From Candidatus Eiseniibacteriota bacterium (GTDB lineage: Bacteria > Eisenbacteria > RBG-16-71-46 > SZUA-252): a stretch of DNA of 17,263 nt. The DNA lies in contig JANMQV010000044.1 of the NCBI GenBank assembly GCA_031370645.1, positions 1-17,263 of the forward strand. The letters run 5' to 3'. A model generated the notes under the pieces. The model was not told the origin of the DNA. It worked only from the letters and a program-made list of their open reading frames with translations, and searched no databases. The translations under genes were made by a program, and so were the position numbers. Positions 9,326-17,263 of the stretch are shown here, piece after piece. How positions within the stretch are numbered: the first letter of the stretch is position 1; each line of letters opens with the position of its first letter.

Positions 9326-9877
9326 TTACGCGGACTTACCGCCCGCGGCCTTGCCCGCCTTGCGACGGATGTATTCGCCCGCGTACTTGATGCCCTTCCC
9401 CTTGTAGGGTTCGGGCGGCCGGAAGTCGCGAATGTCCGCGGCGACCTGGCCCACGAGCTGTTTGTCGTGACCGGTGACCGTCAACTTCGTCGGGCTCTCC
9501 ACGATGATGGAGATTCCCGCCGGAGGATCGAACTCGATCGGATGCGAGTAGCCGAGCTGCATGGTGAGCCTCTTGCCCGCCAGCTGCGCGCGATACCCCG
9601 TGCCGACGATCTCGAGCGCCTTCGAGTACCCGGTCGTCACGCCCGTGACCATGTTCGCGAGAATGGCGCGCGTCGTCCCGTGGAGCGCGAGGGCCTGCTT
9701 CCCCCCGCCCGCCTGCGTGACGGTGACTTCCTTCGGACCGACCTCGACTTCGACGCCGTGCCCGATCGTAAACAACATCTCCCCCTTGGGGCCCTTCACG
9801 CGGATCGTGCCCCCGTCCCGCGTCACCGTGACGCCGGCGGGAATGACGATCGGCATTTTACCAATTCGAGACGGCAT
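9326..9877 (-). CDS. rplF: 50S ribosomal protein L6
   Basis: [42 protein letters not shown]. Confidence 0.99.
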   Translation of the reverse strand: MPSRIGKMPIVIPAGVTVTRDGGTIRVKGPKGEMLFTIGHGVEVEVGPKEVTVTQAGGGKQALALHGTTRAILANMVTGVTTGYSKALEIVGTGYRAQLAGKRLTMQLGYSHPIEFDPPAGISIIVESPTKLTVTGHDKQLVGQVAADIRDFRPPEPYKGKGIKYAGEYIRRKAGKAAGGKSA

Positions 9878-9886
9878 CGTTCGCTC

Positions 9887-10285
9887 CTACCAGATGCGGC
9901 AGAGGAGCTCGCCACCGAGCTTCTCTTCGCGCGCTTCCTTGTCGGTCCGGATGCCCGTCGACGTGGAGACCAGCGCGGTGCCGAGTCCGCCCTGAACACG
10001 GGTGACCTGGTGGCTCCGCACGTAGACCCGCCGGCCAGGCTTGCTGACCCGCTCGAGTCCCTGGATCACGGGGCGTTCCTTCGAGTCGTACTTGAGATAG
10101 ATGCGAAGCACGCCCTGCTTCTTGTCGTCGATGGACTTGAAATTGTTGATGTACTTCTCGCGCAGCAATACCCGCACGATCTCCGTCTTCACGTTGGAAG
10201 CCGGAACGTCGACCTTCTTATGCCGCGCCTTGCAGGCGTTGCGGATCGAGGTCAAAAGATTTGCGATCGGATCACTAAGCGACAT
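9887..10285 (-). CDS. rpsH: 30S ribosomal protein S8
   Basis: DPIA..LT.IRNA, RVSKPGRRVY, GLG...STS.G, GGELLC.IW. Confidence 0.99.
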   Translation of the reverse strand: MSLSDPIANLLTSIRNACKARHKKVDVPASNVKTEIVRVLLREKYINNFKSIDDKKQGVLRIYLKYDSKERPVIQGLERVSKPGRRVYVRSHQVTRVQGGLGTALVSTSTGIRTDKEAREEKLGGELLCRIW

Positions 10286-10309
10286 GTTCTCCCTTCTTAC
10301 GAGGCGGGC

Positions 10310-10495
10310 TTACCAGCTCGCCTTGACGACGCCCGGAATCTGTCCCAACAGGGCCAGCTCCCGGAAGCAGATGCGGCACATCCCGAAATCCCGCAGGAAC
10401 GCCCTCGGGCGCCCGCACCGGTGGCACCGGTTATAGCGACGCACCTTGAACTTGGGCTCCCGCTTCCACTTTTCGACGATCGACTTCTTGGCCAC
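10310..10495 (-). CDS. rpsN: 30S ribosomal protein S14, short zinc-binding (type Z)
   Basis: 61 aa; [34 protein letters not shown] start with SD GAGGAG. Confidence 0.99.
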   Translation of the reverse strand: MAKKSIVEKWKREPKFKVRRYNRCHRCGRPRAFLRDFGMCRICFRELALLGQIPGVVKASW

Positions 10496-10519
10496 GTCAG
10501 CTCCTCGTTGGCGGCGCCG

Positions 10520-11233
10520 TCAACGCTGGCGGAAGGGCATATTCATGAGCCGCAGGAGCTCTTGCCCTTCTTCATCATTATGCGCCGACGTCACGAACGT
10601 GATGTCCATCCCCCGGACCTTCTCGATACGGTCGTAGTTGATCTCCGGGAAGATGATCTGCTCGGACAGGCCCAGCGTGTAGTTGCCCTGTCCGTCGAAG
10701 GAACGGCTCGGAACGCCGCGGAAGTCGCGAATACGCGGCAACGCGATGTTCACGAGGCGATCATAGAACTCGTACATACGGGCTCCGCGGAGCGTCACCA
10801 TGCAGCCGATGGCCTGGCCCTCGCGCAGCTTGAAATTGGCGATCGACTTCTTCGAGCGGCGGATCGACGGCTTCTGCCCCGTGATCGTCGTCATCTCGAC
10901 AACCGCCATATCCAGAAACTTGATGTTCACGAGCGCGTCGCCGACGCCCATGTTCACGACGATCTTCTTGAGCCTCGGCGCCTGCATGGGGTTCTTGTAC
11001 GAGAATCGCTTCATCAATTCCGGAAGTACCGCCTTCTCGTAGTGCTCCTTCAGACGCGGGACCCGGTTCGGGGCCTCGGCCGCTCCAATCGCTACCGCCG
11101 CGGCGGCCGCGCTCGAGCTGTCCTTGCCCTTCCCCTTGCCCTTCTTCTCGGCCTTCGGCTTGTTGTCGGCCTTCGGCTTGCTGTCCGCCTTCGGCTTCGC
11201 GTCCTTCTTGTCCTTATCTTTCTCGTCGCTCAC
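10520..11233 (-). CDS. rplE: 50S ribosomal protein L5 with ~57-aa N-terminal extension
   Basis: [46 protein letters not shown]. Start placed at GTG 11233, overlapping the rplX stop (GTGA); the ORF-track start at 11341 lies well inside rplX. Confidence 0.96.
   Translation of the reverse strand: MSDEKDKDKKDAKPKADSKPKADNKPKAEKKGKGKGKDSSSAAAAAVAIGAAEAPNRVPRLKEHYEKAVLPELMKRFSYKNPMQAPRLKKIVVNMGVGDALVNIKFLDMAVVEMTTITGQKPSIRRSKKSIANFKLREGQAIGCMVTLRGARMYEFYDRLVNIALPRIRDFRGVPSRSFDGQGNYTLGLSEQIIFPEINYDRIEKVRGMDITFVTSAHNDEEGQELLRLMNMPFRQR
11151..11204. repeat. 3 x 18-nt imperfect tandem repeat within the rplE 5' extension, encoding D-[A/S/N]-K-P-K-A
   Basis: + strand units gccttcggcttgttgtcg / gccttcggcttgctgtcc / gccttcggcttcgcgtcc. 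Confidence 0.9.
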
Positions 11234-11559
11234 TTGATCACTCTCGGAATCAGCTCGCCGCAGCGGCCGCAAAACCGCTCCCGCTTGCCGTCGGCCCCAG
11301 GCTTGACCGTGACGCGCACGCCCGTCTGGCACTTCGAGCAAAGATGCATGACGTTCGAAACGTGCATCGGCGCCTCGCGCTCGATGACGCCGCCCTGCTG
11401 CCCCGCGGCACGCGCCCGCGTGTGGCGCTTCATGAAATTGACCTTCTCCACGATCACGCGATTCTTGGCGCGGATGACCATCAAGAGGCGTCCGGATTTG
11501 CCCTTGTCGTCCCCGGCGATGACAATTACCTGATCGTTTTTACGAAACGTCGTGCCCAT
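11230..11559 (-). CDS. rplX: 50S ribosomal protein L24
   Basis: KOW motif [32 protein letters not shown]...CGRC. Confidence 0.98.
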   Translation of the reverse strand: MGTTFRKNDQVIVIAGDDKGKSGRLLMVIRAKNRVIVEKVNFMKRHTRARAAGQQGGVIEREAPMHVSNVMHLCSKCQTGVRVTVKPGADGKRERFCGRCGELIPRVIK

Positions 11560-11575
11560 GTCGGCTCCCTTATCC

Positions 11576-11944
11576 CTAAACCACTTCCGGAGCGAGGGAG
11601 ATGATCTTCATGAACTCGCGCTCGCGCAATTCGCGGGCGACGGGTCCGAAGATACGCGTTCCCTTCGGCTCCTTCTGGTCGTCGATCAGCACCGCCGCGT
11701 TCTGGTCGAAGCGGATGTACGAACCGTCCTTACGGCGAACTTCCTTGCGCGTGCGAATGAGCACGGCCTTGTGGACTTCGCCCTTCTTCGCCTGCGCGCC
11801 GGGAATGGCGTCCTGGATGGAGACGACGATGATGTCGCCCAGCATCCCGTACCGCTTCCGCGTGCCGCCCAGGACCTTCACGACGCGCGCAACGCGCGCG
11901 CCCGAGTTATCCGAGATGATGATGATGCTGCGTGGCTGAACCAT
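11576..11944 (-). CDS. rplN: 50S ribosomal protein L14
   Basis: [44 protein letters not shown]. Confidence 0.99.
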   Translation of the reverse strand: MVQPRSIIIISDNSGARVARVVKVLGGTRKRYGMLGDIIVVSIQDAIPGAQAKKGEVHKAVLIRTRKEVRRKDGSYIRFDQNAAVLIDDQKEPKGTRIFGPVARELREREFMKIISLAPEVV

Positions 11945-11966
11945 GGATTCCCTCTCCCCCTCTCGC

Positions 11967-12245
11967 TCAGCGCTCGACGCGCGTGACGAAGTCGAGGAGG
12001 CGCCAACACTTGTCCTTGCTCAGAGGCCGTGTCTCCATGAAGCGGACCACGTCCCCCACCACGCATTCGTTCTTCTCGTCGTGAATCTTGAACTTGCTGC
12101 GCCGGCGAACGTACTTGCCGTAGGTCGGGTGCTTGACCAGGCGCTCGATCGTCACGACGGCGGTCTTCTGCATCGCCGTGCTCACGACAGAGCCGGTCAT
12201 CACTTTGCGCCGGCCGCGTGCGTCGGAGGTCGTCGGTTCGATCAC
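11967..12245 (-). CDS. rpsQ: 30S ribosomal protein S17
   Basis: G.VVS..MQKT.VV, HPTYGK, HDEKNEC..GD.V...ETRPLSK.K.W; GTGA overlap with rpmC. Confidence 0.98.
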   Translation of the reverse strand: MIEPTTSDARGRRKVMTGSVVSTAMQKTAVVTIERLVKHPTYGKYVRRRSKFKIHDEKNECVVGDVVRFMETRPLSKDKCWRLLDFVTRVER

Positions 12246-12478
12246 GCCTTCTTCTCCTTATCCCCGGTGGGCGAGGTCTTCGCCTTCCGGATCTCGCCCA
12301 GAATCGTCCGCAGCCGCGCCACGTCGCGCCGCCGCTCGCGGATCAGGACCGGATTGGTCAGCTGCCGCATTTGATTGCGGAAACGGAGGTGAAAGAGCTC
12401 CTCGTTCCGCTCCTTGATCTTCGTGAGGATCTCGGCCTCGTCGAGGCCGCGAATCTTTTCCGCCTTAAGCTCCCGCAT
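12242..12478 (-). CDS. rpmC: 50S ribosomal protein L29
   Basis: ELF.LRF....QL.NP..IR..RRDVAR..TIL; position after rplP. Confidence 0.97.
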   Translation of the reverse strand: MRELKAEKIRGLDEAEILTKIKERNEELFHLRFRNQMRQLTNPVLIRERRRDVARLRTILGEIRKAKTSPTGDKEKKA

Positions 12479-12481
12479 GGC

Positions 12482-12901
12482 TCAGCTCCCTGCCCCGTGG
12501 CGTTCCACGAACTTGGTCTTGATCGGAAGCTTGCTCGCCCCGAGCCGCATCGCCTGCATGGCGGTCGGACGATCGATGCCTTCCAATTCGAACAGGATCC
12601 GCCCCGGCTTCACCACCGCCACCCAGAACTCCGGATTGCCCTTGCCCGAGCCCATTCGGGTTTCGGCGGGCTTCACGGTCACCGGCTTGTCCGGGAAGAT
12701 CCGAATCCACATCTTGCCGCCGCGCTTGATGAAGCGCGTGATGGCCACGCGAGCCGCCTCGATCTGGCGGTTCGTGATCCACGCCGGCTCGAGCGTCTGC
12801 AGCCCGAATTCTCCGAACGTGACCGTCGATCCGCGTATGGCGAGACCCTTTCGACGGCCGCGGAACTGCTTGCGGTGCTTGACTCTTTTCGGTACGAGCA
12901 T
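12482..12901 (-). CDS. rplP: 50S ribosomal protein L16
   Basis: [40 protein letters not shown]. Confidence 0.99.
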   Translation of the reverse strand: MLVPKRVKHRKQFRGRRKGLAIRGSTVTFGEFGLQTLEPAWITNRQIEAARVAITRFIKRGGKMWIRIFPDKPVTVKPAETRMGSGKGNPEFWVAVVKPGRILFELEGIDRPTAMQAMRLGASKLPIKTKFVERHGAGS

Positions 12902-12913
12902 CCGACCGGCTCC

Positions 12914-13588
12914 TTACGCGTTCCGGGCCGGCGCCGCGGGGGCCACTTCGGCCACCTTCGGGCGTTCCAGGATTTCGCCTTTGAAGATCCAGATCTTCAC
13001 GCCGCACGCCCCGTAAATCGTCCGGGCCGTGGCGCGCGCGAAGTCGATGTCGGCACGCAGGGTATGGAGCGGCACGCGGCCGTCGCGATAGCTTTCGGTG
13101 CGAGCCATTTCCGAGCCGCCGAGGCGCCCCGAGCAGACGATGCGAATGCCGCCGGCGCCCGAGCGCATGGTGGAAGCGAGCGCCTTCTTCATGGCGCGGC
13201 GGAACGAGACGCGCTGTTCCAACTGGCGCGCGACATGTTCGGCCACCAGCGTGGCGTCGAGATCGGGCTTCTTGACCTCGTCGATGTTCAGGAACACTTC
13301 CTTCTTCGTGATGTGCTGAAGCTCGTCACGAAGCTGGTCGACCTGCTGGCCGCGCCGTCCGATGACCAGGCCGGGCCGCGCCGTCGAGATGTTCACCGTC
13401 ACCTTGGAAACCGCCCGCTGAATGATGATCCGCGAGATTCCCGCCTGGGCGAGGCGCTTCTTCAGGTACTTCCGAATGAAGAGGTCCTCCTCCAGCAGCT
13501 TCGCGTAGTCCTTGCGCGCGAACCAGCGCGAGTCCCACGTCTTGATGATGCCGAGGCGCATCCCGATCGGATTGGTTTTCTGCCCCAC
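12914..13588 (-). CDS. rpsC: 30S ribosomal protein S3
   Basis: [44 protein letters not shown] start. Confidence 0.99.
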   Translation of the reverse strand: MGQKTNPIGMRLGIIKTWDSRWFARKDYAKLLEEDLFIRKYLKKRLAQAGISRIIIQRAVSKVTVNISTARPGLVIGRRGQQVDQLRDELQHITKKEVFLNIDEVKKPDLDATLVAEHVARQLEQRVSFRRAMKKALASTMRSGAGGIRIVCSGRLGGSEMARTESYRDGRVPLHTLRADIDFARATARTIYGACGVKIWIFKGEILERPKVAEVAPAAPARNA

Positions 13589-13589
13589 G

Positions 13590-14090
13590 CTAGCTCTCCT
13601 TGGTCGACACGGCGGCCTTGCGGCTCCGCGTCGGCTTCTTCGGGGTGGCTTCGGCCTTTGCCGCCGCCTTCGCCTTCACTGCCTTCGCCGGAGCCGGGGC
13701 CTCGGCCTTGGCGGCCGGGCGCGCGCGACGCGACGACGGCGGAGCGACCGCCACGGCCTCGCCTTCGACAATGATGGTGATGTGACACGTGCGCTTCAGG
13801 AGGGGCGTCGCCCGTCCCTGCGCCCGCGGCATGATTCGCTTCATGGTGGGACCGGCGTTGGCCGTTGCGTGCTTCACGTGCAACGACTCGACGTTGATCT
13901 TTCCCTCCGTCGCCACGGCGTTGGCCACGGCCGACTGGAGCACCTTCCGAATGGTCCGCGCCACGTGCTTCGGCGTGAAGAGCATGATCTCGGCGGCCAG
14001 GTCGACTCGCTTGCCGCGAATCAACTGGAGCACCTGATCCGCCTTTCGCGGCGTCACCCGGACGTATCGTGCGATCGCTTTAGCTTCCAT
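13590..14090 (-). CDS. rplV: 50S ribosomal protein L22 with ~56-aa Ala/Lys/Pro tail
   Basis: [29 protein letters not shown]...KRT.HITI. Confidence 0.98.
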   Translation of the reverse strand: MEAKAIARYVRVTPRKADQVLQLIRGKRVDLAAEIMLFTPKHVARTIRKVLQSAVANAVATEGKINVESLHVKHATANAGPTMKRIMPRAQGRATPLLKRTCHITIIVEGEAVAVAPPSSRRARPAAKAEAPAPAKAVKAKAAAKAEATPKKPTRSRKAAVSTKES

Positions 14091-14111
14091 GGCTTATTCC
14101 CTGGTTCGCGG

Positions 14112-14408
14112 CTACTTCGCCGCCGTCGGTCCCGCGGTCACCTTCTCCACGTGCGAGCTGTGCCCGCGGAAGATCCGCGTGGCGGCGAACTCGCCGAGTT
14201 TATGACCCACCATGTTCTCGGTGATGTAGACGGGAATGAACTTGTTCCCATTGTGAACCGCGAGCGTGTGGCCGACGAATTCCGGCGAGATGGTGCAGCG
14301 GCGCGCCCACGTCTTCATGACGCGCTTCTCGTTCGCCTTGTTCATAGCCTCGACCTTTTTCAGAAGCTTCGCGTCCACGTACGGACCTTTTTTTACGGAA
14401 CGGCTCAT
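14112..14408 (-). CDS. rpsS: 30S ribosomal protein S19
   Basis: [35 protein letters not shown]. Confidence 0.99.
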   Translation of the reverse strand: MSRSVKKGPYVDAKLLKKVEAMNKANEKRVMKTWARRCTISPEFVGHTLAVHNGNKFIPVYITENMVGHKLGEFAATRIFRGHSSHVEKVTAGPTAAK

Positions 14409-14435
14409 CGTTGTTTTCTCACTCCCGCGGGACGG

Positions 14436-15260
14436 TTACTTCGACCGCCGCCGCACGATCAACTTGTCGGACAGCTTGCTCTTCCGCGTCTTCTTGCCCT
14501 TCGTGAGGAGACCCCACGGCGAGCACGGGTGACGGCCGCCCGATGACTTCCCTTCGCCACCGCCCATCGGATGATCGACCGGGTTCATGGCCACGCCGCG
14601 CACGCTGGGGCGACGCCCCATCCAGCGCGACTTGCCCGCCTTGCCGATCACCTCGTTCTGGTGGTCTTCGTTTCCAACCTGGCCGATGGTGCAGTACGAC
14701 TTCGTCGGCACCTTCCGCATTTCGCCCGACGGCAACCGCAACTGCGCGTAGTCGCCCTCGCGCGCCATCACCTGGCAGTAGGTGCCGGCGCTACGCGCGA
14801 TCTGGCCACCCTTGCCGGGGACGAGTTCCACGTTGTAGACAAACGTGCCGAGCGGGACGATGCCGAGCGGCATCGCGTTCCCGGGCTTCACGTCCGCGTC
14901 CGGACTCGCGATCACGGTGTCGCCGACCTTCAAAAGCTGCGGCGCCACCATGTAGCGCTTCTCCCCGTCCGCATAGTGCAGGAGGGCGATCCGCGACGTA
15001 CGGTTCGGGTCGTACTCGATGTGCGCCACCTTCGCCGGAATCCCGCGCTTGTCGCGCTTGAAGTCGACGAGGCGATAGAGCTTCCGGTGTCCTCCGCCGC
15101 GAAGCCAGGCGGAGGTGTGTCCATGGTTGTCGCGCCCGCCCGTCCGGGAGATGCGCTCCACGAGAGACGGCTCCGGGCGGCTCCGCGTGATCTCCTCGAA
15201 CGTCGAGATCGTGCGGAAGCGCTGCACCGGGGTCAGCGGTCGAAATTTACGAAGTGGCAT
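14436..15260 (-). CDS. rplB: 50S ribosomal protein L2
   Basis: [40 protein letters not shown]. Confidence 0.99.
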   Translation of the reverse strand: MPLRKFRPLTPVQRFRTISTFEEITRSRPEPSLVERISRTGGRDNHGHTSAWLRGGGHRKLYRLVDFKRDKRGIPAKVAHIEYDPNRTSRIALLHYADGEKRYMVAPQLLKVGDTVIASPDADVKPGNAMPLGIVPLGTFVYNVELVPGKGGQIARSAGTYCQVMAREGDYAQLRLPSGEMRKVPTKSYCTIGQVGNEDHQNEVIGKAGKSRWMGRRPSVRGVAMNPVDHPMGGGEGKSSGGRHPCSPWGLLTKGKKTRKSKLSDKLIVRRRSK

Positions 15261-15265
15261 ATCGA

Positions 15266-15559
15266 TTACACCTGCTCGAAGAGCTCAATCGTCTCGCCCT
15301 TCTTCAGCGTGACGATGGCCTTCTTCCAGTCGGGACGGTGACCCGCGTGACGGCCGACCCGCTTCGGCTTGCCGTGAACGCGGAGGGTGCGGACCGTGGA
15401 GACCTTCACGTTGAAGATCGCCTCGACCGCCTGCTTGACTTGGATCTTGTTGGCGCTGCGCGCGACTTCGAAGAGGTAGCCGTTCTGACTCTCGCGGAGC
15501 CGGGTTCCCTTTTCGGTGATGCGGGCGCGGCGCACGATGTCGCGTGGTTCGAGGTTCAT
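15266..15559 (-). CDS. rplW: 50S ribosomal protein L23
   Basis: ITEK, Y.FEV...[27 protein letters not shown] overlap with rplD. Confidence 0.98.
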   Translation of the reverse strand: MNLEPRDIVRRARITEKGTRLRESQNGYLFEVARSANKIQVKQAVEAIFNVKVSTVRTLRVHGKPKRVGRHAGHRPDWKKAIVTLKKGETIELFEQV

Positions 15560-16185
15560 GGGCTGAGTCGCTCCGTCAGGCGCTTGAGGCCCGCCTCGCT
15601 CAGCACGAGGCAGTCGCAGTTCATCAGCGCGTAGGTGTTGAGAGTGTGGCTCTCGAGAGTTACGACGCGGTCGAGATTGCGCGACGACTTCACGAGCGTC
15701 GTGCCGGCCTTGTCGAACACCCAGAGCACCTTCTTCTCCGCCAGACCGACCTTCCCGAGGAGGATCGCCAGCGTCTTCGTCTTCGGCTGATCGAGACTCG
15801 GCGGATCCATCACCACGACGTTGCCGTCACGGGCGCGGGCCGTCAGGGCTCCGCGAATCGCGTTCCGCCGCGCCTTCACGTTCATGGCCAGATTCCAGTC
15901 GCGTCCCTTCGGTCCGAACGCCACGCCTCCGCCCGGCCAGAGCGGAGAGGTGTTCGAGCCGGCGCGGGCACGACCGCCGCCCTTCTGCTTCCAGGGCTTG
16001 CGACCGCCGCCGCTCACGTTGGCGCGGTTCTTCGTCATCACCGTCCCCTGGCGCTGATTCTCCAGGTGACGCTTCACGGCTTCCCAGATCAAATGCTCGT
16101 TGATCTCGGCGTCGAACAGAGCGGCCGGGAGCTCGACCGTGCCGAGATCCTTACCGTCCGTGCTGAATTTGCGTGCGGTTGCCAT
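15556..16185 (-). CDS. rplD: 50S ribosomal protein L4
   Basis: RQGT..TK.R..VSGGGRKPWKQKG.GRAR.GS..SP.W.GGG..FGPK, PKTK, S.RNL. Confidence 0.98.
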   Translation of the reverse strand: MATARKFSTDGKDLGTVELPAALFDAEINEHLIWEAVKRHLENQRQGTVMTKNRANVSGGGRKPWKQKGGGRARAGSNTSPLWPGGGVAFGPKGRDWNLAMNVKARRNAIRGALTARARDGNVVVMDPPSLDQPKTKTLAILLGKVGLAEKKVLWVFDKAGTTLVKSSRNLDRVVTLESHTLNTYALMNCDCLVLSEAGLKRLTERLSP

Positions 16186-16203
16186 GGTTCGTTCCGTCGT
16201 CCG

Positions 16204-16824
16204 TTACGTGGTGCGGCGAATCAGGACCGTGCCATTCGGGGCGCCCGGAACGGAACCGCGCACCCAGACGAGGTGCTGCTCGGCGTCCACGCCGATCACC
16301 TCGAGATTCTTGACCGTCACTCGCTTGCCGCCCATGCGGCCCGGCAGGCGCTTACCCTTGATGACGCGGCTCGGATACGCCGAAGCGCCGATGGAGCCCG
16401 GCTGCTTGTGCGTGACGCAACCGTGCGTCTCGCGACCGCCCGAGAAATGATGCCGCTTCACGACGCCCGCGAAGCCGCGGCCCTTCGAGTTGCAGGTCAC
16501 GTCCACCTTCGAGCCGATTTCCAGAAGGGTGACGCTCAGCTCCTGCCCTTCCTGATACGCGGCCGCGTCGTCGACGCGCACTTCCATGAGCGTCCGCGTG
16601 CCGGCGGCGCCGTACTTCTTCAAATGGCCGATCACCGGAGCGGTCTGGTTCTTCGCCCGGCGGGAGCCGAAACCCAACTGGACGGCGGAATAGCCATCGC
16701 GAGCCGGCGTCTTCAACTGGACGACCTTGCAAGGGCCGGCCACCAAAAGCGTCACCGGAACCACGCGACCCGTCGCGTCGAACAGCTGGGTCATTCCGAT
16801 TTTTCGCGCGAGCAACCCGATCAT
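16204..16824 (-). CDS. rplC: 50S ribosomal protein L3
   Basis: KIGMTQ.F, DGYSAVQLG, SKGRGFAGV.KR, THG, PGSIG, GSVPG. Confidence 0.99.
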   Translation of the reverse strand: MIGLLARKIGMTQLFDATGRVVPVTLLVAGPCKVVQLKTPARDGYSAVQLGFGSRRAKNQTAPVIGHLKKYGAAGTRTLMEVRVDDAAAYQEGQELSVTLLEIGSKVDVTCNSKGRGFAGVVKRHHFSGGRETHGCVTHKQPGSIGASAYPSRVIKGKRLPGRMGGKRVTVKNLEVIGVDAEQHLVWVRGSVPGAPNGTVLIRRTT

Positions 16825-16845
16825 GTTGGGTCTTCCCGTTCGGAG

Positions 16846-17166
16846 TTAGAGCTTGATCTCGATGTCCACGCCGGCCGGAAGATCGAGCTTCATCAGCGCG
16901 TCGATCGTCTGGGGCGTCGACTTCACGATATCGATGAGCCGCTTGTGGACGCGGATCTCGAACTGCTCCCGCGACTTCTTGTCCACATGCGGGGAACGAA
17001 GCACCGTATAAACCGAGCGTTGCGTCGGAAGCGGGATGGGACCCGCCGTCCGAGCGCCGGTGCGCTTGGCGGTACGAACGATTTCTCCAGCCGACTGGTC
17101 GAGGATCGCGTGATCGTACGACCGAAGGCGGATGCGAATACGCTGGCCCGGAGCGGTGGTGGCCAT
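16846..17166 (-). CDS. rpsJ: 30S ribosomal protein S10
   Basis: [50 protein letters not shown]. Confidence 0.99.
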   Translation of the reverse strand: MATTAPGQRIRIRLRSYDHAILDQSAGEIVRTAKRTGARTAGPIPLPTQRSVYTVLRSPHVDKKSREQFEIRVHKRLIDIVKSTPQTIDALMKLDLPAGVDIEIKL

Positions 17167-17263
17167 TACTCGACGATCTCCGTCACGACGCCGGCGCCGA
17201 CGGTGCGGCCACCCTCGCGAATGGCGAACCGAAGCCCCGTCTCCATCGCGATCGGCGTGATCA
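17166..17263 (-). CDS. tuf: Elongation factor Tu, C-terminal fragment (5' part outside window)
   Basis: Hand translation [31 protein letters not shown], the canonical EF-Tu C-terminus; stop TAA at 17166-17168. Confidence 0.97.
   Translation of the reverse strand, partial: ITPIAMETGLRFAIREGGRTVGAGVVTEIVE

Noticed and set aside
11234..11341. Extra 36 aa upstream of rplE in the ORF track
   Set aside because: Lies within rplX; the GTGA stop/start overlap at 11230-11233 is the parsimonious start.
9275..11533. 752-aa plus-strand ORF (also 1823-2890, 5908-7128, 12218-13774, 13512-14546 and others)
   Set aside because: Antisense shadows of GC-biased, highly expressed minus-strand genes; no recognisable motifs.
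14423..14432. TCCCGCGGGA palindrome over the rpsS SD (and a CCGGC-ATG-GCCGG mini-hairpin upstream of map)
   Set aside because: Stems are too short to exceed chance in GC-rich DNA; no evidence of a regulatory role.
2035..17255. Frequent CGATCG palindromes (roughly 20 by eye), reminiscent of HIP1 or a methylation motif
   Set aside because: Plausibly explained by NCG-ATC-GNN codon contexts in high-GC coding DNA; a codon-aware shuffle test would be needed to claim enrichment.
1..17263. tRNA, rRNA, riboswitch, CRISPR array, IS element, intron/intein or frameshifted gene
   Set aside because: No space or signature found. All core genes are intact and collinear, with no internal insertions, and the longest intergenic gap (~96 nt) is occupied by the terminator.

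Overview
High-GC bacterial core-genome window. Positions ~1224-17263 carry a complete, uninterrupted S10-spc-alpha ribosomal protein supercluster on the minus strand: tuf 3' end, rpsJ rplC rplD rplW rplB rpsS rplV rpsC rplP rpmC rpsQ rplN rplX rplE rpsN rpsH rplF rplR rpsE rpmD rplO secY adk map infA rpmJ rpsM rpsK rpsD rpoA rplQ. It is closed by an intrinsic terminator at ~1131-1170. Downstream (1-1127, minus, truncated by the window edge) is a probably secreted GHL10 (DUF187, YddW/DigH-like) glycoside hydrolase. The ORF track missed this gene, rpmJ and the tuf fragment, which I translated by hand. RpoA, IF-1 and S5 motifs plus strong Shine-Dalgarno sites suggest an FCB-related, non-Bacteroidia lineage (inference only). 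I found no mobile element, CRISPR array, RNA gene or new multi-gene system. The most notable features are (i) long Lys/Ala/Pro-rich extensions on L5, L17, L22 and L30, one partly built from an 18-nt tandem repeat, (ii) substitutions at normally conserved positions in L4, L22, L3, L2 and L14, (iii) tuf overlapping rpsJ with no leader, and (iv) the hydrolase start abutting the operon terminator, in frame with rplQ.
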